64,000 nt of DNA from Candidatus Staskawiczbacteria bacterium. Lineage in GTDB: Bacteria > Patescibacteriota > Minisyncoccia > Minisyncoccales > Staskawiczbacteraceae. This document shows positions 10,625 to 20,700 of the stretch, in pieces. Within the stretch, counting starts at the first letter, position 1. Every line of letters starts with the position of its first letter. Made by a program: the position numbers and the translations under genes. The notes under the pieces are model-generated. The model did not search any database. It was not told the DNA's origin and worked only from the letters and a program-made list of their open reading frames with translations. The DNA lies in contig JAHFKW010000001.1 of NCBI GenBank assembly GCA_023245145.1, positions 9,823-73,822 of the forward strand, written 5' to 3'.

Positions 10625-12082
10625 TTATAGAAAATAAGAAATAATGTTATACTTTTTAGCCAATAAATAACCTGCACAGAGCGGCGTAATGTATGTTAGT
10701 ACTCCGATTAAAACTAAATAATAAATAGGTAAACTTCGAGTAAAGGACAGATTGATTACCGCATACATTATCAAGCTAGAAGTCCCCGCCAAAAACGCAC
10801 TTTTTAAAAAATTTATATTGTAAAGAGAAATGGAAGTCATATATGCCGCAATGACAATAGTTAACAAAAGAATGATTAAAAAAGAGATGGCGGTGGACAT
10901 AATCACTCCGTAAAAACCATATCTTCCGATAAAAAGAATGCTTAGTATGATATTTACAAAAACTCCCACAATAATAAGGGTGAAATTCTTTTTTTGCTGA
11001 TCAAAAACAACTAGAATTACACTGAAGGGGTAAATAATAAAACTAATACCAATCACCATCATTAAAAGCTGGAAAGCAAAAGCCGATGGGGCAAAATCAG
11101 ATCCGTAAAAGAAGTATATAACTTTTGAAGCTAACGCAATGCCTCCCGTAACCAGCGGAATGGTTAAAAAAATCATCATTTCCATTAAATAATCCCAGCT
11201 TCTTTGGAGCTTTTCCCTTGAAGTAATAAAAAAATCACTAAGAACGGGGTAAAAACTTCTAACAATAATATCGGCAGGAATAGCGGCGACCAGTGCAATT
11301 TTAGAAGCAGCACTATACCAACCATTTTGCGCGATTAAGCCGAAATAACCCAGTATTACAGAATTGATGAATATGAAAATCCAACTGTTAATAAAGCCAA
11401 AGGTAAGCGGCCAAGATAACTTTAGCACACCAAGCATTTTTCTATCAAAACTCAGCTTTATTGGATGAAAGTAGGCATAAAAAACGGATACCAAAAGACA
11501 CAAAGAGATGGTATTGGAAATTAAATAACCATAACTTAAATTAATAACTGATGGAATATAAAAAATAACAAAAAAAGCCAGCACCGTCATGATACCCGAC
11601 TGAATCATTTTAAAGATTGCTTCATATTCCATTTTTTGGCGACTACGCAAGAAAGCGTAAAAAATCCCAAAAAAGTTGGTGATTAATATAAAAACCCCCA
11701 ACACCCAAATCATACTGCGGATCACCGCATCGTTAGTAATAAAAAAAGACCCAATAACCATTAGTAATAGAGAAGCAAAACTCAACATTCCATGGAGCGT
11801 AACAACAATTGAAAAGTCCCTTTCCTTGGACCTGTCGCGAGAGAATTCTCGGGTTATGACATCAACTAATCCAAGATCGGCAAAAATGACCATGACCGAT
11901 ACGAATGAAAGAGCAAAAGTAAATTTACCGTATTCTAAGGCACCGAAAGTCCTAGCCACGAAAATAATTAAAATCAATCCCAGCAGCCTAGATACAGCCT
12001 CTGCCAAAACCAACCAAAAAGTGTTTTTAAAAATGGTTTGCCGGGTATTCGTGTTTCTTAAAAAAAAACTTTTTGTGCTCAT
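10625..12082 (-). CDS. Wzx-type flippase
   Basis: KNTFW, ARTFG..YGKF, DLG motifs, many TMs; start moved to MSTKSFF. Confidence 0.88.
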   Translation of the reverse strand: MSTKSFFLRNTNTRQTIFKNTFWLVLAEAVSRLLGLILIIFVARTFGALEYGKFTFALSFVSVMVIFADLGLVDVITREFSRDRSKERDFSIVVTLHGMLSFASLLLMVIGSFFITNDAVIRSMIWVLGVFILITNFFGIFYAFLRSRQKMEYEAIFKMIQSGIMTVLAFFVIFYIPSVINLSYGYLISNTISLCLLVSVFYAYFHPIKLSFDRKMLGVLKLSWPLTFGFINSWIFIFINSVILGYFGLIAQNGWYSAASKIALVAAIPADIIVRSFYPVLSDFFITSREKLQRSWDYLMEMMIFLTIPLVTGGIALASKVIYFFYGSDFAPSAFAFQLLMMVIGISFIIYPFSVILVVFDQQKKNFTLIIVGVFVNIILSILFIGRYGFYGVIMSTAISFLIILLLTIVIAAYMTSISLYNINFLKSAFLAGTSSLIMYAVINLSFTRSLPIYYLVLIGVLTYITPLCAGYLLAKKYNIISYFL

Positions 12083-12095
12083 TAAATCTATAGAC

Positions 12096-12530
12096 TTATT
12101 TTTTAAATGTATTGTCCAGTAACCACGACGAGCTCTGCACCTTCCCGCCACCCACATTATTAATGACTGTTATATTAAAATCTTTGCACACATTCTTTTC
12201 TGATTCTGGAAGGTTATCAAAATTTCGATCCCCGCCTTTGGCAAAAATGAGCTGGCCCTTATACTGCTTGGCAATAGATTTTAAGCTTTCGGGAACATAG
12301 CCGTCCTTATCAGTAGCCAAAAAAACCGCGTCCACATGTTTAATGTCTTTAACAATGGCTAGTCGCTCTTTTTCGGGCATAAACGGCACGCTACCCTTCA
12401 CCTTAACTTGTGCGTCATTATTAACAATTACTACCAAAAAATCGCCCAATTTCTTAGCTTCGCGCATTAAATTCATATGCCCCACGTGAAGTGGATTAAA
12501 AAATCCGGAGGTAATAACTATCTTTTTCAT
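12096..12530 (-). CDS. cytidylyltransferase-family nucleotidyltransferase
   Basis: SGFFNPLHVGH, KGGDR, QSSS motifs. Confidence 0.88.
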   Translation of the reverse strand: MKKIVITSGFFNPLHVGHMNLMREAKKLGDFLVVIVNNDAQVKVKGSVPFMPEKERLAIVKDIKHVDAVFLATDKDGYVPESLKSIAKQYKGQLIFAKGGDRNFDNLPESEKNVCKDFNITVINNVGGGKVQSSSWLLDNTFKK

Positions 12531-12566
12531 TGCTTTTTATGTTGTTTACTTATATCATAAACTAAC

Positions 12567-14759
12567 ATGAAAAACAACCTGATTTCAAAGATCATTTCTT
12601 GGATATATTTGGCAGGCTTTGTCATTATTTTGACCCTACCAGCACTTAATCTTCCCCCTTACTTTTTCCCGCCCGATTTTGCCAAAACCATTATTTTCAG
12701 ATCTATTTTAGCAGTATTGCTAACACTATTTATTTATCAACTTTTATACCAACAACCGTCACCGAACCTGCACTCCATCAAGAAAAATCCGCTTACTTGG
12801 GCATTGGCAGCCGTTTTCATTACTTTTTTACTATCAACTATTTTTGCTGTTGACCCCTACTTAAGTCTTTGGGGTAACCCCATCCGCGGTGGTGGCTTTA
12901 TCACATTTGCCAGTTATATTATCTTTGGCGTATTGGCTTTTTTGTTACTTACAAAAGATGACTGGGAAAGGATTTGGAATCTTTCTATTGGCGTTGGCGG
13001 ACTAGTCTCTCTCATTGCCATTATGCAATACTTCCATATTTTTAGGTCCATTTTCTTACCGGTGGAAGGTCGACCTGCTTCAACTATGGGCAACCCCATT
13101 TTGCTGGCCATTTATCTTTTGCTATTATGCTTTATCACTCTTTCCAAAGGAATTGAAGAAAAAGAGCGGTGGAAAAAAAACTATTATTTTGGTGCTTTAG
13201 CGCTCTTTTCGGTCGCTATATTTATTACTGAATCTCGGGCCGCCTATCTTGGCATCTTGGTTGGATTGATATACTTTTTAATTTGGTATCCATCCCAAAA
13301 ATTACACCTAGCCAAAATAGTTTCATTCGGACTAATAATCCTAGCCCTTGCTTCAGTAATATGCATGGCACTTTTTACCTCTCTTCTACCAAGGTTCTCC
13401 ATTAAAAACCTTACAACCGATTCTCGCTTTGACGCTTTCCCGATTGAATTTTCCATGGTAAAAGCACACCCACTCACAGGATATGGCATGGAAAACTTTT
13501 CGGTTGGATTTGATAAGTACTATAATCCCACCAATTCTTCGCTTATCGGCATCATCGCTTGGTGGGACCGGGCGCACAACATAGTTTTCCAAATACTTTC
13601 TGACGCAGGCGTCTTGGGACTTTTGGCATATATTTTCTTATTTGGTACACTTTTTTGGCAACTTTACAAAATGAAAAATCCGACTTCTCACGCTATTATT
13701 GCCAGCTTTATTGCTTACATTATTGCCAATCTTTTCAGCTTCGATGCATTTGGCAGTTATCTTATATTATTTTTATTAATCGGCTACTCACTTCACTTAG
13801 CCGCTCCGGACAAAAGCATTGCAAGGTCCGACCTTACGATATCTCATGGTGGTACGGGAAAATTAATAATCATGATACTACTATCAGGTGGCATCATCTT
13901 TTTTTGCTGGCAATATAACGTAAGACCTTTTTTCATCAACGCTCAAATTAATAAAAATGCCATTTTGGTTGCCAACAAATATTGCGGCGAAGTATTGTAT
14001 GATATGGACAATCTTTTAAAAAAACAGAGTTTTTTGGATGCCTATGCAAGACTTAAATATGTTGAGTTTACAAAAGTTTGCAACGAGTTTTTCCCCGAAA
14101 ATAACACCGCCTATCTTATTAAAGATTTACAGGTTATTGGTGAGGCAACAAAAATTCAGCCCCTATATGTTCGCTATTGGATCGGCATGGCCACATTTGG
14201 AAATGATTTGGCTAAGAAAGAAAAGGATGTAAAAATAAAAAATGATCTGCTTGAAAATGTAAATAAACATCTTGACGAAGCCTTAAAACTGGCCCCAAAA
14301 CACCCGGAAATTCTCATACAGCAGGCAAGAAATCAGATGATGGCAGGCAACTACCAAGTCATGAAAGATTATTCTGAAAAGTGTATTGCCTTCAATCAAG
14401 ACCTTGGTGACTGTTATTTTTATTTATCCATTGCAAAAATATACTTAAAAGATACGGATGGAGCAAAAGAGGATTTTATCCTGGCAAATAAAAAAACAGC
14501 TATCACTCACAGCGAAGAAGGGCTTAACACACTGGCCGATGCTTATGCATCCATTCCAGACTATCAAAACCTATCTATCATTTTTAGAGAACTAGTTTCT
14601 ATCAAGCCAAACAGCGCCCAATACCATTCATCGCTGGCATTCTTTTACAGTAAGTTGGAAAAGTATAAAGAAGCAAGACAAGAAGCACTTGAAGTTCTAA
14701 AACTCTCCCCGGAATCCAAACCCAACGTGGACGCGTTTTTAAAGACGCTCCCCAATTAA
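12567..14759 (+). CDS. O-antigen ligase-like membrane protein with C-terminal TPRs
   Basis: STMGNP, TESRAA, GYGMENF, DRAHN motifs; TPR-like helical C-terminus. Confidence 0.85.
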   Translation: MKNNLISKIISWIYLAGFVIILTLPALNLPPYFFPPDFAKTIIFRSILAVLLTLFIYQLLYQQPSPNLHSIKKNPLTWALAAVFITFLLSTIFAVDPYLSLWGNPIRGGGFITFASYIIFGVLAFLLLTKDDWERIWNLSIGVGGLVSLIAIMQYFHIFRSIFLPVEGRPASTMGNPILLAIYLLLLCFITLSKGIEEKERWKKNYYFGALALFSVAIFITESRAAYLGILVGLIYFLIWYPSQKLHLAKIVSFGLIILALASVICMALFTSLLPRFSIKNLTTDSRFDAFPIEFSMVKAHPLTGYGMENFSVGFDKYYNPTNSSLIGIIAWWDRAHNIVFQILSDAGVLGLLAYIFLFGTLFWQLYKMKNPTSHAIIASFIAYIIANLFSFDAFGSYLILFLLIGYSLHLAAPDKSIARSDLTISHGGTGKLIIMILLSGGIIFFCWQYNVRPFFINAQINKNAILVANKYCGEVLYDMDNLLKKQSFLDAYARLKYVEFTKVCNEFFPENNTAYLIKDLQVIGEATKIQPLYVRYWIGMATFGNDLAKKEKDVKIKNDLLENVNKHLDEALKLAPKHPEILIQQARNQMMAGNYQVMKDYSEKCIAFNQDLGDCYFYLSIAKIYLKDTDGAKEDFILANKKTAITHSEEGLNTLADAYASIPDYQNLSIIFRELVSIKPNSAQYHSSLAFFYSKLEKYKEARQEALEVLKLSPESKPNVDAFLKTLPN

Positions 14760-14760
14760 C

Positions 14761-15774
14761 CTATTTGTAATTACCGTAGTTTTGATACACTAAAGAAGAA
14801 ATGTTTTTAATGACTTTTTTCAGTTCATCAAGATTGTTACCCTTGGTCATCACGCACAAAAAGTAGGGGTTAACCGGATAATAGACAATTCCGCAATCAT
14901 GCAGTTCCACATCTTGGACACTATCATTAGAGCCTGCCAGGTATTCTCCAAATTTGTGGGACACCACCAAATTGGTTGGCAAGCCAGCCACGATACCGTC
15001 ATCAAATGTGGTCCTAGAAAGAATACCCAGTGCCTTTTCCGATAACTCTCGGTCAAGATAAGTGGCTGAATAAATAATCCTGAAAAAGAGCGAATAGGTG
15101 CGTGGAGAAATAGAAAAACCAGACTGGGCGCCATCAGGATTTTCAATATTGAGGGCACTGTAAACAGTATCCAATTCTTTTTTATCAATAGAATTTGACA
15201 ATAATATTTGAGCACCATTGTCAGATTTAGTAATAACTTTTTCAATTAAACTTTCTACAGTGTATCTGGTATTAATGTGTAATTCTGAAAGAGCATAGAA
15301 TGAACCTGTTTTAAGAAGGGCATCCATTTCTTTGGTGTACGTCAATTTTTTGCTTAACGTGCTGGGCTTCATCTCGGCTTTTTTAAAGTAGGCAATCATA
15401 GTAACCACCTTGAGCATACTGGCGGGATTGTATTTTTGCTTTTCGTTAACACCTATCCATCGCCCCCGATTCATATCATAAAAGAACACAGAGGCATCGG
15501 CTAGTCCTCCGATCTTTTTCTCTGAGGCAATAACATCAGTAATAGTGCTTTTTAGGGCAACCAAGGTTTTCTCCTGCTGGGCGCTCGGAATAATATACGC
15601 CAATAAAGGAGAAATAAATTTATAGGAGGAAGAATGATCTCTTATGGGATGGATCGCATTTAAAGCTTTATCTAACGCTTTTTGTTCAATCGAAAAACCC
15701 CAATAGTAGCCACCGGCAATTCCTAAGATCAGAAATACAAAACACAGAATGATAATTTTAACTCTTTTAAACAT
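14761..15774 (-). CDS. class A beta-lactamase-like serine hydrolase
   Basis: SMLK (SxxK), SDN, HKFG; N-terminal membrane anchor. Confidence 0.85.
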   Translation of the reverse strand: MFKRVKIIILCFVFLILGIAGGYYWGFSIEQKALDKALNAIHPIRDHSSSYKFISPLLAYIIPSAQQEKTLVALKSTITDVIASEKKIGGLADASVFFYDMNRGRWIGVNEKQKYNPASMLKVVTMIAYFKKAEMKPSTLSKKLTYTKEMDALLKTGSFYALSELHINTRYTVESLIEKVITKSDNGAQILLSNSIDKKELDTVYSALNIENPDGAQSGFSISPRTYSLFFRIIYSATYLDRELSEKALGILSRTTFDDGIVAGLPTNLVVSHKFGEYLAGSNDSVQDVELHDCGIVYYPVNPYFLCVMTKGNNLDELKKVIKNISSLVYQNYGNYK

Positions 15775-15810
15775 TAATAAATAGTATATTTTTTGCCAAA
15801 AGTTTGCAAC

Positions 15811-15842
15811 AACCAAAAACCGCCCGAAGGCGGTTTTTGGTT
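15811..15842 (-). terminator. terminator hairpin after S-layer-like gene
   Basis: 14-bp perfect stem AACCAAAAACCGCC/GGCGGTTTTTGGTT; UUCG loop on - strand. Confidence 0.8.
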
Positions 15843-15870
15843 TCCTAACGCAGACTAGACTCGATTCACC

Positions 15871-18800
15871 TTATTGATGAATGGTGTAGCTGTTGGTTGG
15901 GAAGTTGTAGATGCTTGCACCTGTCTGGTTAGTTCCAGCAGTAGTGGTAGCAACTGATCCATCTGCGTTAAATACAGCAGATGCGGTGTCGTCCCAGTTA
16001 AAGCCTGCGGCCACTAAGGCGCTTGAAATCGTTGCGACTCCAGTGCCAGTATTAGCAGCACTCACTGTAGCATATAAGCTGAATGTCTTAGATGTTCCAG
16101 CGGCGATTTGATAACCATCGTAGTCAGTGTTGATTTCAACATCTGCCACGCCTGTGGTGGTAGTAAAGGTATTACCTGAGGTACCAAATTCACAGAAGAT
16201 GGTTTGAGAAGCTGCGGCTGCAGTTCCCTGTCCGCAACCTGAACCAGTAACAGTTGTATTACCATCGGCAATACGAGCTCCGGTAAAGGTAGGAACAGTT
16301 GAGAAGTTGCTAGATGCAACGGTAAACTTCAAGTCGTTTAACTTAATGTTTCCTTTAGCATCAGCAGTTACTGTAACTTCTCCGATCTTATTTTCTGCAC
16401 CCATGTTAAGTCCAGAGTTTGAGCTGTTGGTTACAACAACCGTAGGCTTTGAACCAACCAAGGTCATAGAAGGAGCAGCTACACCGCCCACTGAAAGGGT
16501 TGTGTCGCAAGAAGCCCCAATAGTTGCAGTACATACTACAGCAGTTCCAATAGTAGCAGTGGTTCCACCTGATGTGTATTTAGCATAGGTCAGAGCCACA
16601 ACTGAAGTACTAGCTGAAGCAACTCCATTAGTACCAATTGAAGAATATGATACCAATACTGGCTGAGTCAATCCTCCGCCACCATTAGGCACCGTCAGAT
16701 TAAGACCAGTTAAGTATGCATTGTTAGAAACTGGAGCGGCGCACACAGATCCCACACAAACGTTGGTAACGGTTTGTGAGTTAACTGCGTCTGAACCAGT
16801 CACCGTGAACTTCAATTCAGTAATAGTTGAAACTCCACTAGTTGAAACGAAGCTAAAGGTTGCCTGAGTGGCACCAGTTGCTCCACCAGCTGCAGCAATA
16901 AACTGAGCAGGAGTGGTTGAAGCAGTAACAACAGTAGGAGAGGCAATCGTACCGGTTCCCAAAGTTAGCGTCTGACCAGTTGTTGCACCACTAGTAGTTG
17001 AAATATTATCAACCATACCAGTGTATGAAACGTTCAAAGTAGTAACGATGGTTCCACTTGTAGCAGATCCAGTGTTAACAAAAATATCAATTACCTTTGA
17101 AGATCCTGGAGCCAAAGTGTCATTAACCGAGAATACATCAGTTGAAGTGGTTCCGGATGAAGTTCCTGATAATTGCACAGGAGTTGATCCAGCGCCAGTG
17201 GTGTTTGAAGTCTTCAATGCAGAGAAGTTGCTAACCGTTGTTGTAGTAATGGTTGAAGCAATGCTCAATGAAGTTAACCTCAATGACTGTGAAGTGCTTT
17301 GATTTTGTACAGTGTATGAACCAATTTTCACGCCAGTTGTATTAGGAGTGATGTTTTGATTTTGGTACGCTGTGCTCTTGGCCACTACTAAGCCAGAGGT
17401 TGAAATTGTCAAACCATTGGTAGCAACCGCAGCGGTTGGGACAGCCAATGATGCTTGAGAATTCATACCTTGTCCGTAGTTAACAGAGTCAGCAGGCAAA
17501 CCTACTTTCACGGTTCCGCCAGTGTAAGCCACTGAAGCAGTTGTCTGTAGGTCGGCTCTAACTTCAATCCAGCTATCAACTCCAGCTGGCACAATTACTT
17601 GTGAACCAAGCGTGTAGGTAATAGCAGTACCTGAAGTTACTGTTCCCATGGTGTAGGTTCCAGATGAATAGGTCACCTGAGTACCAACTTGTGAACCATT
17701 AAAGTACAATGTTACATTATTCAATCCGCAAGTTCCTGTAGCAACTCCAGTAGTAGCATGTGTTGTACATGTAGCTCCGGTTGAGGTTGCTGAAAGAATA
17801 GAAGGAATAACTTTCAAAGTATTAATTTTCACATCTTCACCATAAGCATGCAATTTGAATTTACCAATAACGGTGTTAGCTCCACCTCCAGAAACAGTTG
17901 TCATGGCGGTGAAGGTTGGGTCAACCACTACGGTTACCGAACCGGTAAGAATAGTGATAGTACCTGCGTTGTTGGCGCTAAATGATCCGGCTGATGTGCT
18001 GCTGACTGCAACATTAACACCAACTTGTGGATCAAGAATCATCAAATCAGCAGCTTGCTGAACAGAGATTTGCACTGTCCTGTTAGTGCCTTTTTGAATG
18101 TCAGCTCTAACGTCAACAGTGTGTGAACCAGTTGCCAAGCTGATAGGAGCACCCATCAAATCAAACGTAATGTAGTTTGATCCGTTGATCATGCTTACCA
18201 TACCAGTTTTGCCAGTATCTACGCCATCAACGAACAATTTAATGTTTGAGAGGGCGTCAGATGGAGCAGAACCAATCATGCGGAAATTAGCCACTTTCAG
18301 CCAGACGGTTCGGGTATTAACCTGAACTGGAGCAGACCAGAAAGTATAAGCAGTTGTTCCGGCATTAACACTAGCAGTTGGAACAGCGGTGCTAGCTGCG
18401 GCAGTAATAGTTACTGATGCAAGTGAAGAACCGTTAGCCAAAAACATAGTGTTACCACCAATGCTAGATGTCATAGCAGAACCTCCTGATACAGTAAAGC
18501 TGGTTAGCCATACTGCAATAGTTTGTCCGGCTTTAGTGGTGTCGGTTGAAACATCACCTCTTACGGAAAGGGTTTTTGAACCATTTACCATAAGACCAAT
18601 GTTATTGATGGTGATTTCACCACTGTTGTTGAAAGAATATCCATCGGTAATTCTAACAGCGCCATCATAAAGATAGATGCTAGATAAAGTGTTTTGATCT
18701 GAAATTCCCGACCTCTTCAGTGTTACTGAGTTTAAGGTGCCGTTTCCAGTTAAGGTAACGTGCAATAAATCAGCAGTAGCCTGTCCAGTCACGATAGATC

Positions 18801-19290
18801 CTGACATAGGATTATCAGTTGAAAGCATAGCACTTAATGGGCCATTGCTTACTGGGGGATTAGTTGGGTTTGTTGGGTTTGTTGAAGGAAGTGTTACCAC
18901 TGATCCACCAGCTAACCAAGCATTCAACTTTGCTCTTGTCATAGGACCAACCTGGCTTGCAGGTGTAATCCCATTTGCTGCCTGATACGCTTGTACGGCT
19001 GCTAAGGTTTTTGGACCAAAGTAACCAGACATTGGAGAAACATTCAAAATCGCTTGTACACATTTTACCTGTGCATTATTCATACCAGGCTTCAAGTTCA
19101 TATTGAGTGTAACGCCAACGCAAGCTGCAGGTACAGAGCTAGATCCTTGCAAAGTGCCCAATTGAGCCGTTAATGCATTGATTTGAGCTTGTAAATCTGC
19201 GGCAGTGATAGCGCCAACAGCGGCAGGAGCAACTAAGGCAACCATAGTCAAAGCGACTGTAGTTGAAATAATTGTTTTTCTTATATTCAT
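15871..19290 (-). CDS. large secreted S-layer-like protein with peptidoglycan-binding domain
   Basis: Signal peptide, coiled coil, PG-binding motif GYFGPKTLAAVQAYQ...VGPMTRAKLN, Thr/Ser/Gly-rich beta domains; start moved to MNIRKT. Confidence 0.75.
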   Translation of the reverse strand: MNIRKTIISTTVALTMVALVAPAAVGAITAADLQAQINALTAQLGTLQGSSSVPAACVGVTLNMNLKPGMNNAQVKCVQAILNVSPMSGYFGPKTLAAVQAYQAANGITPASQVGPMTRAKLNAWLAGGSVVTLPSTNPTNPTNPPVSNGPLSAMLSTDNPMSGSIVTGQATADLLHVTLTGNGTLNSVTLKRSGISDQNTLSSIYLYDGAVRITDGYSFNNSGEITINNIGLMVNGSKTLSVRGDVSTDTTKAGQTIAVWLTSFTVSGGSAMTSSIGGNTMFLANGSSLASVTITAAASTAVPTASVNAGTTAYTFWSAPVQVNTRTVWLKVANFRMIGSAPSDALSNIKLFVDGVDTGKTGMVSMINGSNYITFDLMGAPISLATGSHTVDVRADIQKGTNRTVQISVQQAADLMILDPQVGVNVAVSSTSAGSFSANNAGTITILTGSVTVVVDPTFTAMTTVSGGGANTVIGKFKLHAYGEDVKINTLKVIPSILSATSTGATCTTHATTGVATGTCGLNNVTLYFNGSQVGTQVTYSSGTYTMGTVTSGTAITYTLGSQVIVPAGVDSWIEVRADLQTTASVAYTGGTVKVGLPADSVNYGQGMNSQASLAVPTAAVATNGLTISTSGLVVAKSTAYQNQNITPNTTGVKIGSYTVQNQSTSQSLRLTSLSIASTITTTTVSNFSALKTSNTTGAGSTPVQLSGTSSGTTSTDVFSVNDTLAPGSSKVIDIFVNTGSATSGTIVTTLNVSYTGMVDNISTTSGATTGQTLTLGTGTIASPTVVTASTTPAQFIAAAGGATGATQATFSFVSTSGVSTITELKFTVTGSDAVNSQTVTNVCVGSVCAAPVSNNAYLTGLNLTVPNGGGGLTQPVLVSYSSIGTNGVASASTSVVALTYAKYTSGGTTATIGTAVVCTATIGASCDTTLSVGGVAAPSMTLVGSKPTVVVTNSSNSGLNMGAENKIGEVTVTADAKGNIKLNDLKFTVASSNFSTVPTFTGARIADGNTTVTGSGCGQGTAAAASQTIFCEFGTSGNTFTTTTGVADVEINTDYDGYQIAAGTSKTFSLYATVSAANTGTGVATISSALVAAGFNWDDTASAVFNADGSVATTTAGTNQTGASIYNFPTNSYTIHQ

Positions 19291-19492
19291 TTTTTTTTGT
19301 GTTTTTTGTATTAATTTTTTATTTTTATTTACCATCGATCGACCTATTTGTCCTGTTAACCCAGACTCGCAAAGCGAGCTTTAAGTATTACCTTCGCGGT
19401 TTTACGTATTAACAACGAATGTTATATCGTTAAACCTCACCCGCGAACTATTAACTGGACTTTTACGACTTATCAAATATTAAAGGAATAAA

Positions 19493-20095
19493 CTACTCAT
19501 TGATTTTCAGGAATATCTCCAAAGCCATCACATATTCTCCCTTATCAAATAACTTCTGGCCAATCTCAAAAGCAATAATTTGATCCTGCGTCAAGGTGGT
19601 ATTTTTTAAATCTTTAATAATCTGTTCATCAATGATTTTGTATAACGTATCCGAAGTTTGCCTTACATCAGCTCCTCCTTCAATCATGGCCAAAGCTTTA
19701 TCCCCTTTTAATTCCAAGGCCACTTCTTTTGCCATCCTAGGATCTTTAGTAATCGCATCAGTTAATACCTTAACTACATCCTGTAACTCCTTGGCGGAAG
19801 CTGTTTTATTTTGAGAAGTTATTTTGAAAGCCGCTACGCTGTTTTTAATACTCGTTTCTCCCAAAATAGCTGCTGGCTGTAAGGGTTGATTAGTATATTC
19901 AACTAAGCCAAAAGCTCCCACAAACAGTAAGAGTAAAACTGAAAAGGCATACACAAACTTTTTTTGGAAAAATAAACTTGAAAAACTCATCAATTGAGCT
20001 CCCAATATTTGAGTTTTAGTCAAAGCCACCCAATCAGTATTTGGTTTAATTTGTCTTAAGCCTTGGAGTTTAGCAATAAGTTCTTGGTCGGTCAT
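19493..20095 (-). CDS. putative anti-sigma factor (single TM)
   Basis: Directly downstream of ECF sigma; N-terminal LxxLRQIKP, one TM helix. Confidence 0.55.
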   Translation of the reverse strand: MTDQELIAKLQGLRQIKPNTDWVALTKTQILGAQLMSFSSLFFQKKFVYAFSVLLLLFVGAFGLVEYTNQPLQPAAILGETSIKNSVAAFKITSQNKTASAKELQDVVKVLTDAITKDPRMAKEVALELKGDKALAMIEGGADVRQTSDTLYKIIDEQIIKDLKNTTLTQDQIIAFEIGQKLFDKGEYVMALEIFLKINE

Positions 20096-20104
20096 TACAG
20101 TTAT

Positions 20105-20130
20105 GACGCACATTACTGATATTTGTTACA
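20105..20130 (-). promoter_or_regulatory. ECF-type promoter
   Basis: TGTAAC-N16-CGTC just upstream of the MTDQ start. Confidence 0.55.
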
Positions 20131-20131
20131 A

Positions 20132-20638
20132 TTACGATTCTTGCACCAACTTTTCCTTGAGCGCCGTAAGTCCTCGATGAATCATCACTCGCACGGTTCC
20201 AGCAGGCCTGTCCATAATAAGAGCGATATCCTCGGTTGGCATGTCTTCCAAATAATGTAAGATCAGCACATCCTGATAGTCCTTGCTCAAATCCTGAATG
20301 GCATTTTTTACCATCGCAATATCCGCACTTAAAATCGCTTTTTCAAATAACCCCGGCCGGCTATCAGCCAACTCGGGTAGATCTTCGGGCGAAACCATTT
20401 GTGTCCTACCCTTCTGGCGATAATAATCCACCACCATATTACGGGCAATCTGGTATAAGAAGGCACCTATATTGTCAATCTTCGTCCCTTTTTGATACGT
20501 TTCCCACCCCTTAGTAAACACCCTGGAAGTTATATCCTGGGCTATTGCTTCAACATTGACCTTAACATAGACAAATCGATATATTTTCTCTATGTATTGG
20601 TCGTAAATAAGGCTAAATTGTTGGTTTAGATTATCCAT
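20132..20638 (-). CDS. ECF RNA polymerase sigma factor
   Basis: Region 2 (AQDITSRVF, FLYQIARN) and region 4 (EDIALIM..GTVRVMIHRG). Confidence 0.93.
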   Translation of the reverse strand: MDNLNQQFSLIYDQYIEKIYRFVYVKVNVEAIAQDITSRVFTKGWETYQKGTKIDNIGAFLYQIARNMVVDYYRQKGRTQMVSPEDLPELADSRPGLFEKAILSADIAMVKNAIQDLSKDYQDVLILHYLEDMPTEDIALIMDRPAGTVRVMIHRGLTALKEKLVQES

Positions 20639-20651
20639 AGATATTAGCACA

Positions 20652-20700
20652 TTGATAGGACATTTTCAAGCTTTATTAGGACATTACGATGTCCTATCAA
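20652..20700. promoter_or_regulatory. putative operator (AGGACAT repeats)
   Basis: TTGATAGGACAT ... TAGGACAT ... ATGTCCTATCAA. Confidence 0.55.

Noticed and set aside
9072-15774. Antibiotic resistance island (cat/vat plus beta-lactamase)
   Set aside because: Genes sit in a glycan/envelope cluster, carry membrane anchors and have no mobile context
15911-18985. Many + strand ORFs antisense to the S-layer-like gene
   Set aside because: Expected shadow ORFs from biased Thr/Ala/Val/Gly codon use
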